Shown piece after piece: positions 25,736 through 38,630 of a stretch of DNA of 64,000 bases. The stretch comes from Octopus sinensis (lineage: Eukaryota). Position 1 is the first letter of the stretch, and the number at the start of each line of letters is the position of its first letter. The DNA lies in contig NC_042999.1 of assembly GCF_006345805.1 (NCBI RefSeq), forward strand, positions 124,248,001-124,312,000. The letters are read 5' to 3'. A program made the position numbers and the translations under genes. The notes beneath the pieces were generated by a model. The model was not told where the DNA came from. It worked only from the letters and a program-made list of their open reading frames with translations, and ran no database searches.

Positions 25736-26067
25736 ATACATATATAGGGACAGCTGATGAAGGGGATTTTTCTTGTGTAGTTGTCTTGTACTCTGTTTTT
25801 TCGTTGTTAAAAAAATGGTCCGTTCCATGCTTGTTTTGACTTTTTCGTTTCTCGTTGAGTTCTACGTCTATTTGTGGTGTCCTGTACTCACATATATATA
25901 TTTATATATGCATGTATATATACATGTAGATGTAGGTACGTACATATATGTTTGTATGTATGCATATATTTTATTTATTACACTATTGTATGACTGAGTG
26001 CCCTCGTGTCGATTCGATTCGATTCAATTCGTTTCATTTTGTTTCGTTTCTTCTTCTTCTCTAAGCT

Positions 26068-26099
<32 letters not shown>

Positions 26100-26101
<2 letters not shown>

Positions 26102-26445
26102 AAGGCGCATGGCTCAGTGGTTAGAGCGTCGAGCTTACGATCGTGAGGTTGTGAGCTCGAATCCCGGACCGGGCTGCGCGTTGTATTCTTGAGCAAGACA
26201 CTTTATTTCACGTTGCTCCAGTTCACTCAGCTGTAGAAATGAGTTGCGACGTCACAGGTGCCAAGCTGTATCGACCTTTGTCTTTCCCTTGGATAACACT
26301 GGTGGCGTGGAGAGGGGAGGCCGGTATGCATGGACGACTACTGGTCTTCCATAAAAAACAACCTTGCCCAGATTTGTGCCTCAGAGGGTAACTCTCTAGG
26401 TGCAAACCCATGGTCACTCATGACCGAAGGGGGTCTTTACCCTTT
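26100..26445 (+). mobile_element. tRNA-derived SINE family D, full length
   Basis: A-box TGGCTCAGTGG, B-box-like GCTCGAATCC, central TTGAGCAAGACACTT..CACTCAGCTGTAGAAATGAG. The same 3' tail lies antisense at 41345-41467. Confidence 0.85.
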
Positions 26446-27759
26446 ATATATATATACACATATATGTATGTATACATATAGATACATATGTACATGTGTG
26501 TGTCTGTGTTTTTTGTGTGTCTGTAAACTTAGATCTAACACTCTTAGCTTAGAGTGATTACTGCAGCACCACCACTCCAATGAATAGTGTTCTGCACTTT
26601 AACGTCATCTGTTTCATTGTTCTAGGTTAACTGAGTTTTCAGGTTCACATCTATTACTGATATTGCTTGGAGAAATTACTTCATATCTTCCTCTCTGTCT
26701 CCACTGCTATAGTTGTGAGTATTATGTTGTTGTTTTTTTGTTTTTTTGGTGGGTGGGTGGACTCAGCTTATTTCCTGAGAGCAGCTCCCTGCATTACATT
26801 TAAGTTATCACAAAAACAGTTTCTTACAGACAGCCTTTCTATCAAACCCATGTTATATATCTAGCAAATCCTATTCAAGAAATTCATAATCCTGAACTCT
26901 CTAATTTACTTCTTATAAAACTCTAAAACTCAATAATAAACTTCATTACTAAAGCACATGCTTTTAGTGGCTCATTACTGAATTTTAGATATCTTAAAAG
27001 CTGTATCATCAAATATACATTGAATTGCAAATGTAATACAATGGAATTCATCCAACACCCAATGAGAAATTGACTTTTCTTTGACTATCAACATGTACTG
27101 TAATAGCTTGTTGACCTAATGAAATGAAATTAATGATAGCTTACTTGTAAAATGCAAATTAGGATTTATTTAGTTAATTATTCACACTCAGTAGCTAATT
27201 AAAGGAAACCAAAGAAATACCAACTAGGCTATCTTCAACAAAACCCACCGCAAACTTTTACCCAATAATTTCAGTATGGAATGGAAGTTGTAAAATATCA
27301 AAAAAGAAAAATTATTTTCAATTAGTTACCAATATTAAATTTTCATTTGTCTTTTATTCAAATAAAAGTATTTAGTACTAACTATGAACAAGACTCTCCT
27401 TTCATGGTGCTTCATAGATAGCCACACCTTCCACTTAAAGATGTGATTGTCCTTTCTATTCCAAATCAATTTAACTTACAGGCACTTATGTTATTGACTA
27501 CAAAAAGGACAAAAGACTGAATCAATACTGAAAGAGCTGGCATTTTGCCACTTAATCACCATCATTGATATAATAGCTTGGTAAATGTTTGAAAATAGTA
27601 AAATTACAGACAGGTCTAAGCAGGCAGCAAGATAAAATGAGGTGTAGTCCAGATTACAGGAAATATTCTATAGTAAGATTGTTACAAACGCTCATTTGCT
27701 GCTCTTGTCAACCTACAAAAATTATTTTCCAGCAAAAAGCAGTTTACAGAAATTATTAC

Positions 27760-27930
27760 TATCCTCCTCCTTCTACTACTACTACTACTACTACTACTGC
27801 TGTTGCTGCTGCTGCTGCTGTTGCTACAACTACTACTACTGCTGCTACTACTACTCATCCTTATCATCATCATCCTTATCCTCCTACTTCTCCCCCCTCC
27901 TCCTCCTCATCATCATCATCGTCATCAACA
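27760..27930. repeat. Compound trinucleotide repeats (CTA)n(CTG)n(CAT)n(CCT)n
   Basis: Direct reading. Confidence 0.95.
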
Positions 27931-29149
27931 AATACCACAAAATTCTGTTCATTACTTTAATAATTTTGGCAATCAACTAATTGCCTTTTGCTTCTGATTT
28001 AGGTACAATGCCAGTAATTTTGAAGGGAGGAGTTAGTCAATACCATAGACTCCTCCCCTATTATATCACTGATACACTATTTTATCATCCTCAAAAAGGA
28101 TGAAAAGTAAAATTGACCAAAATGGGAACTGAACTCACAACTGTAAGGCATTGGATAAATACTGCAAGATATTTTCCAATGCTCCATTCATCCATGTCTT
28201 TAGAGTGTGAGAAAATACCTTGTGATATTTATTCCTGTGATTTACATTCTGAGTTCAAATCCAGTCAAAGTCAACTTTGTCTTTTATCTTTGTGGGGTTG
28301 ATTAAATAAGGTACCAGTCAAATAAGATACCAGTCAAGGTGCCAGTCAAGTCCTCTCGAAATTGCTGACTTTGTGCCAAAATTAGAAACCATTATTATTA
28401 TTCTTGTTGTCATGGTAATTATTCAATATTTAAGGTGCCAAGGGCAGCGATCTGGCAGAAACGTTAGCATGCCGAGCGAAATATTTAGTGGTATTTCATC
28501 TGTCTTTTTGTGCTTTGATATTGGTGATATGTTTCCATCTTCACTCTCTAGCTCCTTACAAACTTTGTAGTTGAAAGATCTGGAAACTTAAAAGTTGTGA
28601 TATTTCTAAATGCCTCTTCATTTCTCGTGTAAGATGAGGGTCTGCCATTATTATTTTCTGAAACAAAGATTATACAGAGTTAACAAAAACTACAGCAATG
28701 ACCCCAAAAAGGTATGTCCTCAAATACCTTATGCACCCTGTATATATACACACATACACACAATTCTTTCAGTTTCTCTCTACCAAATCTACTCACAAGG
28801 CTTTGGTTGGCACAAGGTTACAGTAGAAGACACTTGCAGGGAAACCATGCCATGGAACTGAGCCTGAAACCATGTGGCTGAGAAGCAAAAATTCTTAAAA
28901 ACTTAACCATTCACATATTTACATCTATATATTTACATATTATTTTATATTCTGTATCTGTATTTGTGCAATTTACCAATTTTAACATATCTTAATATAA
29001 TGCATTACAATTTTGCACCGTTCCATCCCGTTTCTATGCACATATATGTATACAATCACATTATACATGTTGCTTCATTTCTTATGTATTTCATATGAAT
29101 GCATGGGCTGTCATAGCAGGTATACAAAACAAATATCCAAATTTGATGA

Positions 29150-29500
29150 TAACTGCAATGACGGCAATGATGACGGCAGTGGTGGTGACGGTTGTAATAG
29201 TGCTTTTAGTGCTGGTGGTGGTGGTGGTGGTAGTTTTAGTGGTGGTGGTACTGGTGGTGATGGTGGTGGTGGTGGCAGCAGTCATGGTTTTAGTGGTAGT
29301 GGTAGTGATGCTGCTGGTGGTTTTAGGGGAAGTGGAGGTGATGTAATGATGATGATGGTCCTGATCATAATGATGATGATGTTAACAATGATGGTGGTGG
29401 TGAATGTGGTGGTGGTGGTGGTAATGCAGTTGTGGCAGCGGCGGCAGCAGTGGTGAGGTTGTGATGGTGGTGGCGGTGGTGCTAGTGGTGATAATGATGT
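29150..29500. repeat. Degenerate (GGT)n/(GAT)n low-complexity tract
   Basis: Direct reading. Confidence 0.9.
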
Positions 29501-29819
29501 CAGAGAAACTTTGTTGATAATGTGTGTTGTGCCAATAATGGCAGTGATAAAAAGAAAACATTGAAATGGAAGAATAAAGAGAACACAATGTGTGTAATTG
29601 TTGTTAAGTGAGACTGAATTCTAAAAATCATTAATTCATTGAATTAGGTCAGAAAGGATACTCTCTGTAGGGACTTTTATTTTTAAACTCAATTTATTAT
29701 CTGCATTCAAAATGGGAAAAAATTTAAGTACCTGTATCTGAATGATGTCATGGATATTAAAAACCAATCTGACAATAACATGCACATACATATCACACCA
29801 CATGCACACACATTTATTA

Positions 29820-30050
29820 TAGCATCATCATCATAATTCTCATCATGGACAGTTTGACAGGAGCTGACCAGCTCAGGCTCCATGTCTGTTTTGGCATCGT
29901 TTCTACAGCTGGATGCCCTTCCTAACATAAACCACTTTACAGAGTGTACTGGCTGCTTTTACATGGCACTGATATGAGTGCCTTTTTGCATGGCACCTGT
30001 GCCCACAAGCCCACAAGATTAGGAGCACTCAGAACAGGCATGTCCCTTGT
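29820..30050 (-). mobile_element. RTE LINE 3' tail (short, SINE-like)
   Basis: TTTCTACAGCTGGATGCCCTTCCTAAC next to (CAT)n. Further copies at ~34600-34880(+), 38655-38860(-), 43230-43410(+), 43563-43720(+), 45567-45830(-). Confidence 0.8.
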
Positions 30051-30731
30051 CTGCCCTGCATATATATATATATATGTTTTTTTTTATTCTATAATTTTTT
30101 TTACACATTTTAGCCCTAAGGTTGTGGCCATGTTGGAGCACTGCCAGTGTAATCAATTTTACAATGGTAAAATTTTATGTGATTGGCTTTTGGGGAAGGT
30201 TGGGGTTCAACATTGCTGCCCACTTTTGAGTTTCTTGCCGTGATATAGGATTATCTGTGACCTTGGATAGCTGGAGGTCAAGTCGTTTCTTGAAAACATC
30301 CCTCAGATATTTTGTCAAGGTATTCTGAAACCTCCCTTGCCCTCATTCTTATAGCAGTCAGATACAACCATAGTTTTGGTAAGTTAGCAACTGAACTTCA
30401 GAACCTCATATGTTCTTAAAATTTAAATCTACATCTTTATCTGTATATCTACCTTCTCTAAAATGTTACTACTTGATTTGAAAGCTTTTATATTATTGGA
30501 AAACCTATATAATTGGTTGAAGAGCACTCAGCATCTTAAATCTGCTGTAATTCTTACAACTTTTAATAAAATGTTGTAGTGCGAAACAATTGTACCAAAT
30601 TACTGGAGTCATTCTTGTTGCTTATTTTTGATTATAATCACCCCGTTATTTTTTATGGGTAACACCATACAAAATTCTGGTGCAACTAAATTAAGTACCA
30701 TATTCATTTGAATCTAAATTGTTGCTGATCT

Positions 30732-30786
<55 letters not shown>

Positions 30787-30832
30787 GCGCACAAACACAC
30801 ATGCACACACACACACATGCGCACGCACACAT

Positions 30833-30879
<47 letters not shown>

Positions 30880-30885
<6 letters not shown>

Positions 30886-31545
30886 TTAGATATGTTTCGA
30901 CCAAAGATTGGTCCAGGCCATATCTAACTTAATAGCACCACCTGATAGGACTATCTATATCCTTTTTAAGTCAAGTTTTATTTATGGTCCATTCAAGTAG
31001 TGAGTTCTTGTTGAATGAGTTGTATCCAGGTATGGGTGGCTTATCTGGTATTCCTTGAAGAAATCTATCCAGACTCTGTTTAAAGGTGATGGGATCCTTT
31101 TCCTCTTTAATCAGTTTTGGGACAATGTTAAACAGGGCAGGGCCTGTTGAGGAAAAGAAATTATGTCGCAGTGTATCTATATGTTGTGATCCTGAATTAG
31201 AAAGGGGACACATGGCCCTTGGTACCAGCCTTGGATGGACCTTGAAACTAATGTTCAGGTCGTTTGGGCAATTCTGGCAGTATATTCTCCACATCGTACA
31301 AATGATATACCGCTCGCAGCGACGCTGGAGAGAGTAGAGTTTCAAGGCTTTAAGGCGGTCCTAGTAATCGAGATCAGTCATACCTTCAATTTGTTTAGTG
31401 AGTGCCCTCTGGGGTGATTCAATCCTGGAGATGTTTTATTTTGTATGGGGAGACCACAAGGGGCAGCAGTATTCAAGGTGTGGCCATACAAAGGAGGAGA
31501 AAAGTGGAATGAGTTGGTAGGTGTATGTTTGCTGATGAAAGAGAG
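30880..31545 (-). mobile_element. 5'-truncated CR1/L2-type LINE (ORF2 C-terminus and 3' UTR)
   Basis: FVWPHLEYCCPLWSPH..IESPQRALTKQIEGMTDLDY*DRLKALKLYSLQRRCERY..GPALFNIVPK..FKQSLDRFLQGIPDKPPIPGY; stop at 30971; (TA)n/(CA)n tail. Confidence 0.85.
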
Positions 31546-33373
31546 AGAAAGAGTGAGTCAGAAACAGATTACTCACTCAAGTATAATGGCTGGAGCCTCC
31601 TTTCATACTCAACAATGCTCAAGCAACAAGGGAAATATATCAGACCATCTGGTGGTATCTGATATCCAGCAGTTCTTTCTATTTTATCAGTAAACATGTA
31701 GATGCTATTAGTATTTCTCACTTGTGTGGTAGGCAACCTTTCCATGCTATTGGCCCTATTCCCAACCACTCCACCAACAAGTTACCAAAATGCCACACCA
31801 ATCACCCTCACTGCAGCTCATTCTGCTCATAATGTTGCCTCAATCAAAGATAACATGCAGTGGATAGGATGAATTCCTTTTATCTTGCAAGGAACCAAGG
31901 TCACTTTACTGGTTCTACACTATTAGCTTTTAAACAATTATGTAGACCTAGCAAGATATACAATGTCTGAAAAGATAGCTGGGATGATTATGGCTGTGTC
32001 AAAAGCTTACTCAATCAGAGCTGATCTAGGCCAAAACAATAACAACTATATTTACTCTATTTTTGGATGGTATGTGTTATTGGAGATTTGATTTCTGGAG
32101 AGTTGACTCCATTTTGCAAGAACACAATATTACTGACAACTCAGAATTCATAAAACATAAAGTAATCATTCATTTAGCAATTGCATTTCTTCATGCAAAT
32201 ATTAGACGTTTTCCAATACTAGATATTGCAAATGAAATTCCATCTTTTCAAGAAGTTTCTGAAACCCAGTACATAAATTTATGGATATCTAAAACAAACA
32301 GTTTTCTATATCTTCAATGACATATGAAACAAGTTTATATCCCTAAAGTTCTTCACATTATTGTTTAAATGTCACAAATATATAATCCATGTGATAGTAA
32401 TTTGGCAAATGAAATTTTAGTTCAAGACATTTTATTTCTTTACACATCTCATGTATATAATTATTTATATCTTATTAAATTTCATCGAGCCATTTAATTT
32501 ATTTTAATAATTTCATTTACCTGTACAGACATAAAATTTATGTAGTTTTCTTAACACTTCTCCAAGAGAATTCCCAATGTGGAAGTAACATTAAATCATG
32601 GTATTAAAGTTGTACATGCAGAAGGTTTTGCTAATTAATAACCTATGTAACATTTCTCAGAAATAACTCCCCAGTTAATGTCTTGCATATGAATCAGTGC
32701 ATCAGAATGAATTGTCACTGATATATCAGTCATATTGGCAAAATATTCTAAATGATTTGAAGGTAATTGCAATGTGTATTATCTATTATCTAACTCTTCA
32801 AATTTTGTCAAGGTTAACTTTGTCTTTTGTCCTTTTGCAAGGTGTCAATGAAATAAGTACCAGTTATACACTGGGCGTGATGTAATCAACTATCTCTCTC
32901 TCCCAAAATTTAAGGCCTTGTGCCTATAGTAGAAACGATTATTTGTTATCGATTTACATCACAAAATCTATAATTGTAACATTTACAAAATATAACATAC
33001 TTCAGTATTTATGCCTATCTTCTTAAGCATCTCCTGGCAAAGTATTTCAGATATTTCTCTTCAACTAAAATTCAGATGGAATAATGATTAACTTTAAGGG
33101 AAAACAATTATGGATTTAATATCTTTTCTTATAGGAGTATGCTAGAAATTAACTGAGGTCATTGATAATTATTTATATAATTATGTACATTATGAAAATG
33201 ATCATGTCCACTTTGAATATTTTTATTACCTTGAAAAATTTATATTTACTGGGTAGATATTAAGGACCCAACCCAAATATCTGGATATTAAGGACCCAAC
33301 CCAAATGTTTAACTATATGTCTACAAAATACTTCTGCAAAAGCAACATTGCCAGGAAAATATTAAATATATAG

Positions 33374-33820
33374 GCGCAGGCATGACTGTGGGATAAGAAG
33401 CTTGTTTCACAATCACAAGGCTCTGGGTTCAGTTCCTCTGCATGGCACCTTGCCTAAGTGTCTTCTACAACCCTGGGCTGACCAAAGCCTTGTGAGTGGG
33501 TTTCATAGATGGAAAATGAAAGAAGCCAATTGTGTGTGTGTGTATGTGTGTGCATGCATGCATTTGTGTGCCTTTTTATCTGTTTGTCCCACCACCACTT
33601 GACAATCAGTGTTGTGTTTACATCCCTATAATTTAGCAGTTTGGCAAAAGAACCCAATAGAATGAATACTAGGTTTAAAAAAATAAGTCTTGGTGGCGGT
33701 GGCGGCGGCGGTGGTGGTAGTGGTGGTAGGGTGGGGGAGTCATTTGTTTGACTAAAACCCTTCAAGGTGGTGCCCCAGTAAATGACTAAAACCAGTAAAA
33801 GAGAAAAAGATAAAAAGATA
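33374..33820 (+). mobile_element. SINE A copy with (GGT/GGC)n insert
   Basis: Family A head and tail. Confidence 0.8.
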
Positions 33821-34384
33821 TGTTAAAATAGTATACAAAATGGACACAAATATTGCAAACACACCATTGAACCTTCATTCATAATTAAATGCAAGACAAC
33901 ACTCAAAATATAATTAACAAATTATCTCTAATAATCCTTCCTACTATGGGCACAAAGCCTGAAACTTGTGGGGGGGTGGGATAATCGATTACATTGATCG
34001 CAGTACTCAGCTGGTACTTGTTTTATTGACCCTGAAAAGATGCAAAGCGAAGTTGACCTCGGCAGAATTTAAACTCAGAACATAAAGATGGATAAAATAC
34101 TGTTAAGCATTTTGCCCAGCATGCTAACGATTCTGCTGGCTCTCTGCCTTAAAAAAATTATCTCTAATAATGTCTCTAGCTTATTGTTATTAATTTTTCT
34201 TAGTACTTTCAAAATATGCTCAGAAGTGTATGTTGGTATGATAGTGTCTTTTCTTAAATCAGGCTCCACCAAAAAATTAGTCTCTACATATTTTCACAGC
34301 TTACTGGTATACGGCTCTCATATAGATATTTCGAATATCATTTATATTACTGTATACCACCACTGGCATAACAATTCTAATAAT

Positions 34385-34535
34385 TATACTTTTTACTTTG
34401 GAAATATCACATCATAAAAATATATTTAGAAGGAGTATTCTAAGATAAGATCTCTAGACGCTGGATAAAACAGTTCATTTTGTCTATAAAACATCAGACA
34501 TGAGAAAACCATAAATTTCCAAAACATTTGATACT
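34385..34535. repeat. ~145-bp dispersed direct repeat, second copy ~37120-37265
   Basis: TTTGGAAATA..ACATCATAAAAATATATTTAGAAGG..TCTCTAGAC.CTGGATAAAACAGTTCATT..CATCAGACA.GAGAAAA in both places. Confidence 0.85.
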
Positions 34536-34934
34536 AGATCTGTCCACAATAGCAAAATTGTTAATGCTTCCTAACAATCACACCCCAGCTGAATGGGTAT
34601 TGCCTTGCAAGTGCCCTCATGCTAGTCCATGTAAAAAGCACCCAAGCTGGTCCACATATAGAGCACCTGTGCCAGCACATGCAAAAAAGCACCCATGCTG
34701 GCCCACATAAAAAGCATCCAGCACACTCTGTAAAGTGGTTGACATTAGGAAGGGCATCCAGCCATAGAAATCAGGTCAAATCAGATTGGAAACTGGTGCA
34801 GCTCTCCAGCTTGCCAACTCTGGTCAAACCATCCAACCCATGCCAATATGGAAAACAGACATTAAATGATGATAATGATGATGAGATATATACGGGGAGA
34901 GAGAGAAGAGAAAGAGAGATTATGAGTATCGTAT

Positions 34935-35024
34935 AAATGTGTATATATATACACACACATATATATATACACATACACACACACATATATATATATACAC
35001 ACACACACACACATATATATATAT

Positions 35025-35057
<33 letters not shown>

Positions 35058-35141
35058 CACATATATATACACACACACCACACACATATATATACACACA
35101 CACACACACACACATATATACACACACACACACACATATAT

Positions 35142-35172
<31 letters not shown>

Positions 35173-35223
35173 CACACACACACACACACATATATATATA
35201 CACACACACACACATATATATAT

Positions 35224-35280
<57 letters not shown>

Positions 35281-35290
35281 CATATATAGA
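34935..35290. repeat. Higher-order (AC)n(AT)n microsatellite array
   Basis: Direct reading. Confidence 0.95.
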
Positions 35291-35397
35291 TACATAAATC
35301 TTTACTTTGATAGTCAGTAATTCATACTATTCAGCAATTTTGTAAGTTTATATAATCATTGGTAAAGTTTGAAAATTAAATGTGATTTGTTTATAAG

Positions 35398-35530
35398 AAC
35401 TGACAGAAAACCCTTATGTTTGCTCTTTTATTAATGATGATGACAATCAAATTATTGAAGCCAAACAGAAATTCACAATAAGGTTTGGTGCACAGCCATC
35501 AAATGATATGAGAATCATACTAACATGTGA
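35398..35530 (+). mobile_element. Tc1/mariner-type N-terminal HTH (DUF4817-like) remnant
   Basis: NQIIEAKQKFTIRFGAQPSNDMRIILT resembles the VQR.FR..FG..PP....I pattern. Confidence 0.45.
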
Positions 35531-36075
35531 ATTTCTTTTTTATTTGATATTTTGTTTGTGCTTTTTAAACTTTGCCAGAAAACACATAAAATATGGATTA
35601 TATGACAACTGAGTAAGAATTCTGGAATGAAATAAAGGATTTTTGTTTAATAAGAAATAGTTCAATGAAATAGTTCAAAATACTCTTCATCTCATAAATG
35701 AGTGTGGCGTTAAGGTTTTGAACTACTGGCTCCCATCATCCCATCATCATAATCTGGAATCTTAACAACAACATGCACACATGTCAATGCTAGATTGAAA
35801 GTCAATGTTAGAGTGAAAGATAATAACAGGAGACATTTGAGATCTCAGTCACACTTCAATAATAATTTCTACTCAGAAATTCATAAAGCATTTATCAAAT
35901 GTACCTGAATCATTTTTGTGATTTATACAGTTAGTGTCATTAGGTTCATATCCAGTATTTTAAAAGAAATATGGCTATTAATCAATGAAAACAAGCATTT
36001 AGTGGCTTTTTGGATGCATTTAAAATAAACATATTTAGAATGCATTTAAATTAGATATATTTTTTTTAAATATAG

Positions 36076-36490
36076 CAGGAGTGGCTGTGTGGTAAGTAGC
36101 TTGCTTACCAACCCCATGGTTTCGGGTTCAGTCCCACTGCATGGCACCTCGGGCGAGTGTCTTCTACTATAGCTTCGGGCCAACCAAAGCCTTGTGAGTG
36201 GATTTGGTAGACGGAAAATGAAAGAAGCCCGTCATATATATGTATGTATATATATATATATATATGTGTGTGTGTTTGTGTGTCTGTGTTTGTCTCCCTA
36301 GCATTGCTTGACAACCGATGCTGGTGTGTTTATGTCCCCGTCACTTAGCGGTTCGGCAAAAGAGACCGATAGAATAAGTACTGGGCTTACAAAGAATAAG
36401 TCCCGGGGTCGATTTGCTCGATTAAAGGTGGTGCTCCAGCATGGCTGCAGTCAAATGACTGAAACGAGTAAAAGAGTAAAGAGTAAAGAG
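36076..36490 (+). mobile_element. SINE A, young-looking full-length copy
   Basis: Retains many CpGs; (AAAGAGT)n tail. Confidence 0.9.
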
Positions 36491-36534
36491 TAACTATTGC
36501 TTAATATTGGTTCCAGAGAATTTTTCACTTTCAG

Positions 36535-36962
36535 TATTTCTTTTATTCTTTTGCTTGTTTCAGTCATTTGACTGTTGCCATGCTGAAGTACTGCCTTAAA
36601 GGGTTTTAGTCGAATGAATCGACCCTAGGACTTATTTTTTTGTAAGCCTAATACTTATTCTATCAGTCTGTTTTGCCAAACTACTAAGTTACAAGGACAT
36701 AAACACACAAACATCAGTTGTCAAGTGATGGTTGAGGAACAAACACAAAGACAGACACATAAATACACACACACACACATATAAATTTATATATACAACA
36801 GGCTTCTTTCAGCTCCTGTCTGCCAAATAGACTCACAAGGCTTTGGTCGGCCCAAGGCTATAGTAGAAAACACGTGCCCAAGGTGCCAAGCAGTGGGACT
36901 GAACTCAGAACCATGTGGTTGGGAAGTAAGTGACTTACCAAAGAGCCACATCTGTGCCTATG
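36535..36962 (-). mobile_element. SINE A, full-length antisense copy
   Basis: Reverse complement of the neighbouring copy, more diverged. Confidence 0.85.
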
Positions 36963-37449
36963 TACTTTTTACTTAAATGATCACAGGATTTTGATGTATC
37001 ATTGCAGCTTCAACCAGTTCATTTTATGAAGGATATTGTACAAAAGATATTGTAAACAAAATCCTGTTTTATTTAAGCAAACATGAAACATAAATAGTGT
37101 AATAGTGTAAAATACGTTTTTCTTTTTGGAAATAACACATCATAAAAATATATTTAGAAGGTGTATTCAAAGATAAAAATCTCTAGACACTGGATAAAAC
37201 AGTTCATTCCTTCTATAAAACATCAGACACGAGAAAAGTGTAAGTTCCCAAAACATTTACTACTAAAAACATCTACTTGAAAGATTTAATGATAAAACAG
37301 AATTAGAAAAAGGCCTTAAGCCACAAGCCAATTGACATTAAGAGGCAAGTCATCCTAGTTTTGTGTGTGTGTGTGTGTGTGTGTTTATATATATGTGTGT
37401 GTTGGGGGAGAGGGTGTACGTGTGTGTGTGTATGTATGTATATATCTTT

Positions 37450-38630
37450 GCCTTTTATCTTTTGCTTGTTTCAGTCATTAGACTGTGGCCATGCTGGGGC
37501 ACTGCCTTGAATGAGTTAGTCAAACAAATCGTTCTCAGTACTTTTTTTTTAAAGCCTGGTACTTATTCTATTGGTTTCCTTTTGCCAAACTGCTAAGTTG
37601 CAGGGATGCAAACAAGCCAACACTGGTTGTCAAGCAATGGTGGGGGACAAACACAAACACACAAAGATATACACGTGCACATACACACATACACACACAC
37701 ACACGCACACATGTATATGATAGGCTTCTTTCAGTTTCCATCTACTGAAACCACTCACAAGGCTTCGGTTAGCCCAAGGCTAAAGCATCATTATGTAAGG
37801 TAAAGTTGTATTGTTAGGAAGTTTGCTTTACAGCTACATGCTACCGGGTTAAATCTCTCTATGACATCTTGGGCAAGTAAGTGTTTTCCACCTTAGCCTG
37901 ATGTTAACCAATGCCTTGTGGATTGTAAATGTGTCCTTATGTCCACATCCATGTCCGTGTTTATGGTTAAAACTAGTATCAATGCTGTAACATAGCTTAA
38001 CCATTCAGAAATATAAGTAGACAGAATAAATTCTCAGAAGTGAGTAGTGGGCTCAATGGGACTAACTAAATTCTTGAAGTTGGTGTCCCAACTTCCATCC
38101 CATGACTGATAGGACAAGTGCTAGGTTTAAAAAAAGTAAGTCCTTGCATCAATGTGTCCAATTAAATTCCTTCAAGGTGTTGCTCCAGCATGGCTACACT
38201 CAAGTGACTGAAACGGGTAAAAAAAAAGAATAAGAGAATAAAAGAATAAAAGAATGCTGTCAGCTGCTTCCTTTTCTGTGATTTTGCTTGATTCTTTTGC
38301 TTTGGTTCTTCTCTTGTTTGTGAAATAGCATTCATTTCTAAAATTTATTACATCTCTAACATCAAAATCTGCCTTCTGAAAATAATTTCGTCTATTTTTT
38401 ATGTTTGTCTTTTATCTTTTACTTGTTTCAGTCATTAGACTGCGGCCATACTGGAGCATCATCATGAAGAGTTTTAGTTGTGTGAATCAGGCCCAGTACT
38501 TTCTTTTTTTCTTTTAAACCTAGTACTTATTCTGTTGGTCTCTTTTGCTAAACCACTAAGTTATGGAGATGTAAGCACTCCAACACTAGTTGTCAAACAG
38601 TGGTAGGAAACAAACACAGACACAAACACA
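37450..38630. mobile_element. Cluster of SINE A copies: 37450-37790(-), 37800-38250(+), 38405-38630(-)
   Basis: Family A tails GTTTCAGTCATTAGACTG.GGCCAT.CTGG on both strands. Confidence 0.75.

Noticed and set aside
25755-25800. CTGATGAAGGGG in a PLE-terminus-like repeat
   Set aside because: No stem II closure or GAAA downstream.
26100-26175. tRNA-like sequences (also 9179, 43740, 12350-12420)
   Set aside because: A and B boxes are present but there is no closing acceptor stem, and each continues into a repeated SINE body.
29013-29456. Gly/Val/Thr-rich ORFs
   Set aside because: Product of a (GGT)n/(GAT)n low-complexity tract, open in several frames.
35398-35526. Apparent phase 1-1 exon ELTENPYVCSF..RFGAQPSNDMRIILT
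   Set aside because: Better explained as a Tc1/mariner N-terminal HTH remnant; the donor is only moderate.
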